Assembly: GCA_965202585.1 (NCBI GenBank)
Contig: OZ241828.1
Location: 76,198,001-76,262,000, forward strand
Source: Thalia democratica
Taxonomy: Eukaryota
Length of the DNA stretch: 64,000 bases
Reading direction: 5' to 3'
This document shows, piece after piece, positions 60,372 through 64,000 of the stretch. Within the stretch, counting starts at the first letter, position 1. Every line of letters begins with the position of its first letter. A program made the translations under genes and the position numbers. The notes beneath the pieces were generated by a model. The model saw nothing but the letters and a program-made list of their open reading frames with translations, was not told where the DNA came from and made no database searches.

Positions 60372-62981
60372 TTCAAATTGACAACAATAAATTCTGTGAA
60401 ATAATTTGATTAAAAAAAATATTATTAGCACGGCTGTGCAGCAAGAACTTATTATAAAATATTTTCATTATTACATAAAAACTTATGAGGTATAGAACTT
60501 TAGTTGATTAAAATACCTAGAAAAAAGTAAAATTCTAAGCTTTTCTTTAAACCATACACTATACAAAATTACACCTTTTATTAATTTAGCTTGTTTTAAA
60601 GCTAGACTGATTTTTTAAGACAAGCCAGCTTAATTTTTATTTACTTAAAGATTCTACTTAAAAGATTTATTAAATTTTTAATCAAATTCTGCACATAAAC
60701 ATTAATATCTATTAAATGTAAATATATATATATACAACTAATTAAAATTTCTTTTTTGGTAATACCCGGTTTAGTTAATCATTTGTTTAAAATTGGTATA
60801 TAACGTTTAATTGAATTGGCTTCACTGATCAGAGTCTAAAACTTATTCCTAAATACTTTTAAAGTATTAGAATTGTTAACAGATGCTCTTTTATTTTTAC
60901 AATTATTACAATTACTAATATGGTCGGATACAGCTGATTTTCATTTTAAATATTCTTCGACTCTTTCTATTAGTGGTTTTTCTATTAATTGTTATTCATG
61001 CAGAGGTCTGACTGTAAAATGTCAAATTTTATTAAGTCGTTAAACATAACTAAAGCGTAAACTAACAGAAATATACTTTATCATTTGAAAGTATAATAAA
61101 ATATATAATTTTTTACTACTTTATTTAACCTTTAGAAAGACAAACGCAACCAGAAAGATATTTCTGAATAAGTTTCAATTACCATTCAAAATGCATAATA
61201 AATACTTTACCTTACGTTTTTTAAACTTAATTTTTTTTTTATCTATCTATTAGTTTATATTTATTTTTTTTACAGTTTATCCTTTGGTAAGTAAACCTTA
61301 TTAAAATATATTAAGATGTTTCTACAATGCACTATTAAAATATTATTAATATTGAAAATTAGATAGTACAGCATTTTAAAATATATGCTACTGTTGTATG
61401 TCTTAAATTTATAAAACAAGGTGAGTTAAAATTTAAAGTTATACTAGGTATTAATTCTTTTAATAATTTTTTTGATCTTTTCCTTAAATAAGATGTAAAA
61501 CACATACATTTTTAATTGGATTTAAGCTAAATATATGACTAAACTTATATTTCAAAAACTTGTACCGTTACAAAGTTTCAGCTGACAAGTAAACTAATAC
61601 TTTGTTAAATGTAGGCTTAAGGAACAGTTATTTTATGTCTTTTATATCTTTGTAAAAAACCTACTTTACAGTTAGTTCAGAAAGTTTTCTAAAATAAACG
61701 AAATAATTTTTTGTTTCCTGTGCGACATCTGAGAAAAAACTGGGATTAACTTTATAAAAATGCAATTGAATATGTTTTCTTTTACTTTACTAAAACATCA
61801 TATATGTATGTTTATATTTTGACATTGACTAAAGTTTAGCTTTTTTTTTAAACTACGTTAAAAATGACGTAGTTTTATAATTTTTTGTTGGAAATTAAAT
61901 GTATCAGTTAAAAATCTTATAACTACGATAGTTGCTTAACTTAATAAAGTAAACTTCTAATATAAAATCAACAAAACAAAAGTTTTTTTTATTCTATTTT
62001 TGATTTGTTTTAAAACTTAGTTGTTAAGCAGATTTTTTAATGTAAAAACAAAATTCCAACTAATCGATTAAATAAAGAAATATTTCATCTACTTGATAAT
62101 CAAAGTCAGTATATAAATGAATTTACTAATCTGTATGTGAATAAATAATAATTAAAATTTAAGTTTTATAACAATATTCAATTTTTTACAATTTAGTGAA
62201 ATAATAAAAAACCTTAACTTTGAATCAGTTTAAAACTTAATATAATATTCGTTTAAAAAATTTTTAATTTTTAAATGTAGAATATTAAATGTAAAAAAAA
62301 ATGGTATAAACAATAATAAAAAATAGAATCATGTTAGCATCGAATTACAATTACTTTTTTTAAAGGTTTAATTTACCATAAATCAATTACTAATTTTATA
62401 CTGAAAAACATCAATTCGTTTTAACAGACTTATATTTTTGATTAACTTACTCATACTATTTATTATAATTATAATATTTTTTAAAAAACAATACAATTTT
62501 TTTTACTAAAAATTATTCGTATATAACTTCAAAATCTTAATTACATATCAAGCTCTTACAACTACGTTAAGTTATGTTTACACAATTTTAACTTTTCAGT
62601 TTAAAATATAGTCAGAATATAAAAAACTACTTTTCTTATTGCTTACAAACTATAATATTTGAAAAGCTCATTTTTATTGCAATTCAAAACAAAATACTAA
62701 TAAAAATAAAATTACCACAAATCATATACAAATATTTTAGTAAAAGATACAAATTAGTTGTATCGGACTCACATATCTACGATTCAATTTGCAAATCAAA
62801 ATGTGTAATCGAAAATATTGCTTGCATGCTATAAAAATAATATAATATTTTTTGCAACTTAAATAATTAACTTTCGGCTTTAAAAACTTAAACTATCATG
62901 TCAAACTACATTATAAAAAGTTTACACAAATTCGACTGTACAGTCATGCTAAACTACACAGTCACAGAAACTGCTTGAAAA

Positions 62982-63285
62982 TTAAAAGCCATCCTCATCG
63001 TAATAATCATCAGGATCCGAATGGTCTATGACGTCATCGTCCGAATTGTCATCGCTGAGCTGTTCTTCCCAAAAATTTATTTTGCTTGACACGTCACGGT
63101 TGCTCGAACCTACGAGCAAAAAAGTGTCGTCGGAGTCTTCCTCGTCTGATGAAATGTAAATGACTGGATCTGACTGGTTGCAAGGGAGGTCTTTTGTGAC
63201 GTCATCAGCTTGCTTTGTTTCGTCATGTTGGGTTGCGGCGTTGTTGGTTTCTTCACAGCCTTCATTGTCATCACTTTGCTTATCA
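62982..63285 (-). CDS. Gene 4 terminal exon, acidic (DKQSDDNEG...PVIYISSDEEDSDD...DYYDEDGF*)
   Basis: ttccacag|T acceptor, phase 2 matches the previous exon, TAA 62982-62984. Confidence 0.85.
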
Positions 63286-63407
63286 CTGTGGAATTTAAGT
63301 TATATAAAAATACTATACTTACAATTGCGTAGGAAATTCAAAGTTTCTTTACACGAACATCTACTGTTTAATTTTACATACTAGACAATACAACCCAAAT
63401 TACTCAC

Positions 63408-63571
63408 TTTCCGTACAAGTCACACTTTTTATCATCATCAGTCTTTTCATTATAGGTACGCAGTTTGGTACGTTGCTGCAAAGCTGCTTCTTCAATCTTT
63501 TCATCGTCATTAGCTTCTTCATCGCTTGAAAAAAGAATGCCACCCTCATTGCCTTCATTGTGGGTTTTTTT
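63408..63571 (-). CDS. Gene 4 penultimate exon (KKTHNEGNEGGILFSSDEEANDDEKIEE...KKCDLYG)
   Basis: atttttag| acceptor, AA|gtgagt donor, 164 nt, phase 0 to 2; ORF track shows the wrong frame. Confidence 0.85.
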
Positions 63572-63854
63572 CTAAAAATAATATAACCATAGCAATAAAA
63601 ATGGTTTTGGTATAATCTAAGCAAATAAGCTTTTGTGAGTTATATTTTTAACGAAGCTAGTAAAACGATTTTAAAACCATATTTATAGATTATTAAATGA
63701 AATCTAAGAACTTTAAGTCAGTAGATCTTAAAATGACTATATTTCAAAATACAATAATTTAAAATTATAAATAATTCAAATTCTAAATTAGTTACACCGT
63801 TTACTTAAAAAATTTTATATTTACAACTAAAAATACATATTATTGAATGTTTAC

Positions 63855-64000
63855 TTTTGGATCCAAAGTGTTCTTTTCATCTCTATTTGAATCTAAACTG
63901 CTAGGAACTTTTTTCATAGGTGCTGACAGAATAACTTGCTTTTGCTGATCTGTCTTATCATTTGCTTTAGAATTAGTTTTCTTTCTAGTACTATACTTTA
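63855..64000 (-). CDS. Gene 4 partial exon (...KYSTRKKTNSKANDKTDQQKQVILSAPMKKVPSSLDSNRDEKNTLDPK)
   Basis: Open to the window edge; AAA|gtaaac phase-0 donor matches the next exon. Confidence 0.75.

Larger units (their letters stand above)
57150..62000 (-). repeat. Cassette unit 3
   Basis: Direct duplicate of unit 2, offset about 5.5-6 kb; internal ~220-bp duplication at 59190-59600. Confidence 0.85.

Noticed and set aside
63105-63120. 9-nt complementarity (TCGTAGGTT) between gene 4 mRNA and the hairpin 5' arm
   Set aside because: Too short to exceed chance in 64 kb without knowing the mature small RNA
63400-63624. ORF-track protein MLRLYQNH... and plus-strand 63160-63384
   Set aside because: Wrong frame or strand; the phase-consistent acidic frame links three exons
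1-64000. CRISPR arrays, rRNA, intact transposase or reverse transcriptase
   Set aside because: None seen; repeats lack constant repeat/unique spacer structure and no long ORF exists

Overview
Very AT-rich eukaryotic (metazoan, possibly arthropod) genomic DNA with GT-AG introns; no prokaryotic features and no CRISPR array. Exons were spliced by hand with phase checks. (1) Minus-strand gene at 2083-7814 encodes a ~180-aa two-TM protein with a Ser-rich tail. Its first coding exon end is tandemly duplicated into two intact 57-nt phase-1 cassette exons, each encoding another hydrophobic helix. (2) Minus-strand gene at 27306-37948 (possible signal-peptide exon at 46.2 kb) has a tandem array of symmetric phase-0 Ser/Thr-rich exons, a Cys-rich domain and a GPI-like hydrophobic C-terminus. 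(3) The acidic 3' end of another minus-strand gene lies at 62982-64000. (4) A three-copy cassette (16.4-19.9 kb on +; 51.3-54.9 kb and 57.3-60.6 kb on -) carries, in the same order and on the same strand, a 70-74-aa C2H2-like zinc-finger microprotein, a conserved non-coding exon, a long RNA-type hairpin with compensatory changes, and a 33-34-aa smORF missed by the ORF track. Copies 1 and 2 lie in the arms of a large inverted duplication (about 16.4-26.9 kb vs 42.6-54.9 kb) that brackets gene 2; copy 3 is a tandem duplicate of copy 2. Several MITE/fold-back insertions and a tRNA-Tyr fragment are also present. No gene could be named with confidence.
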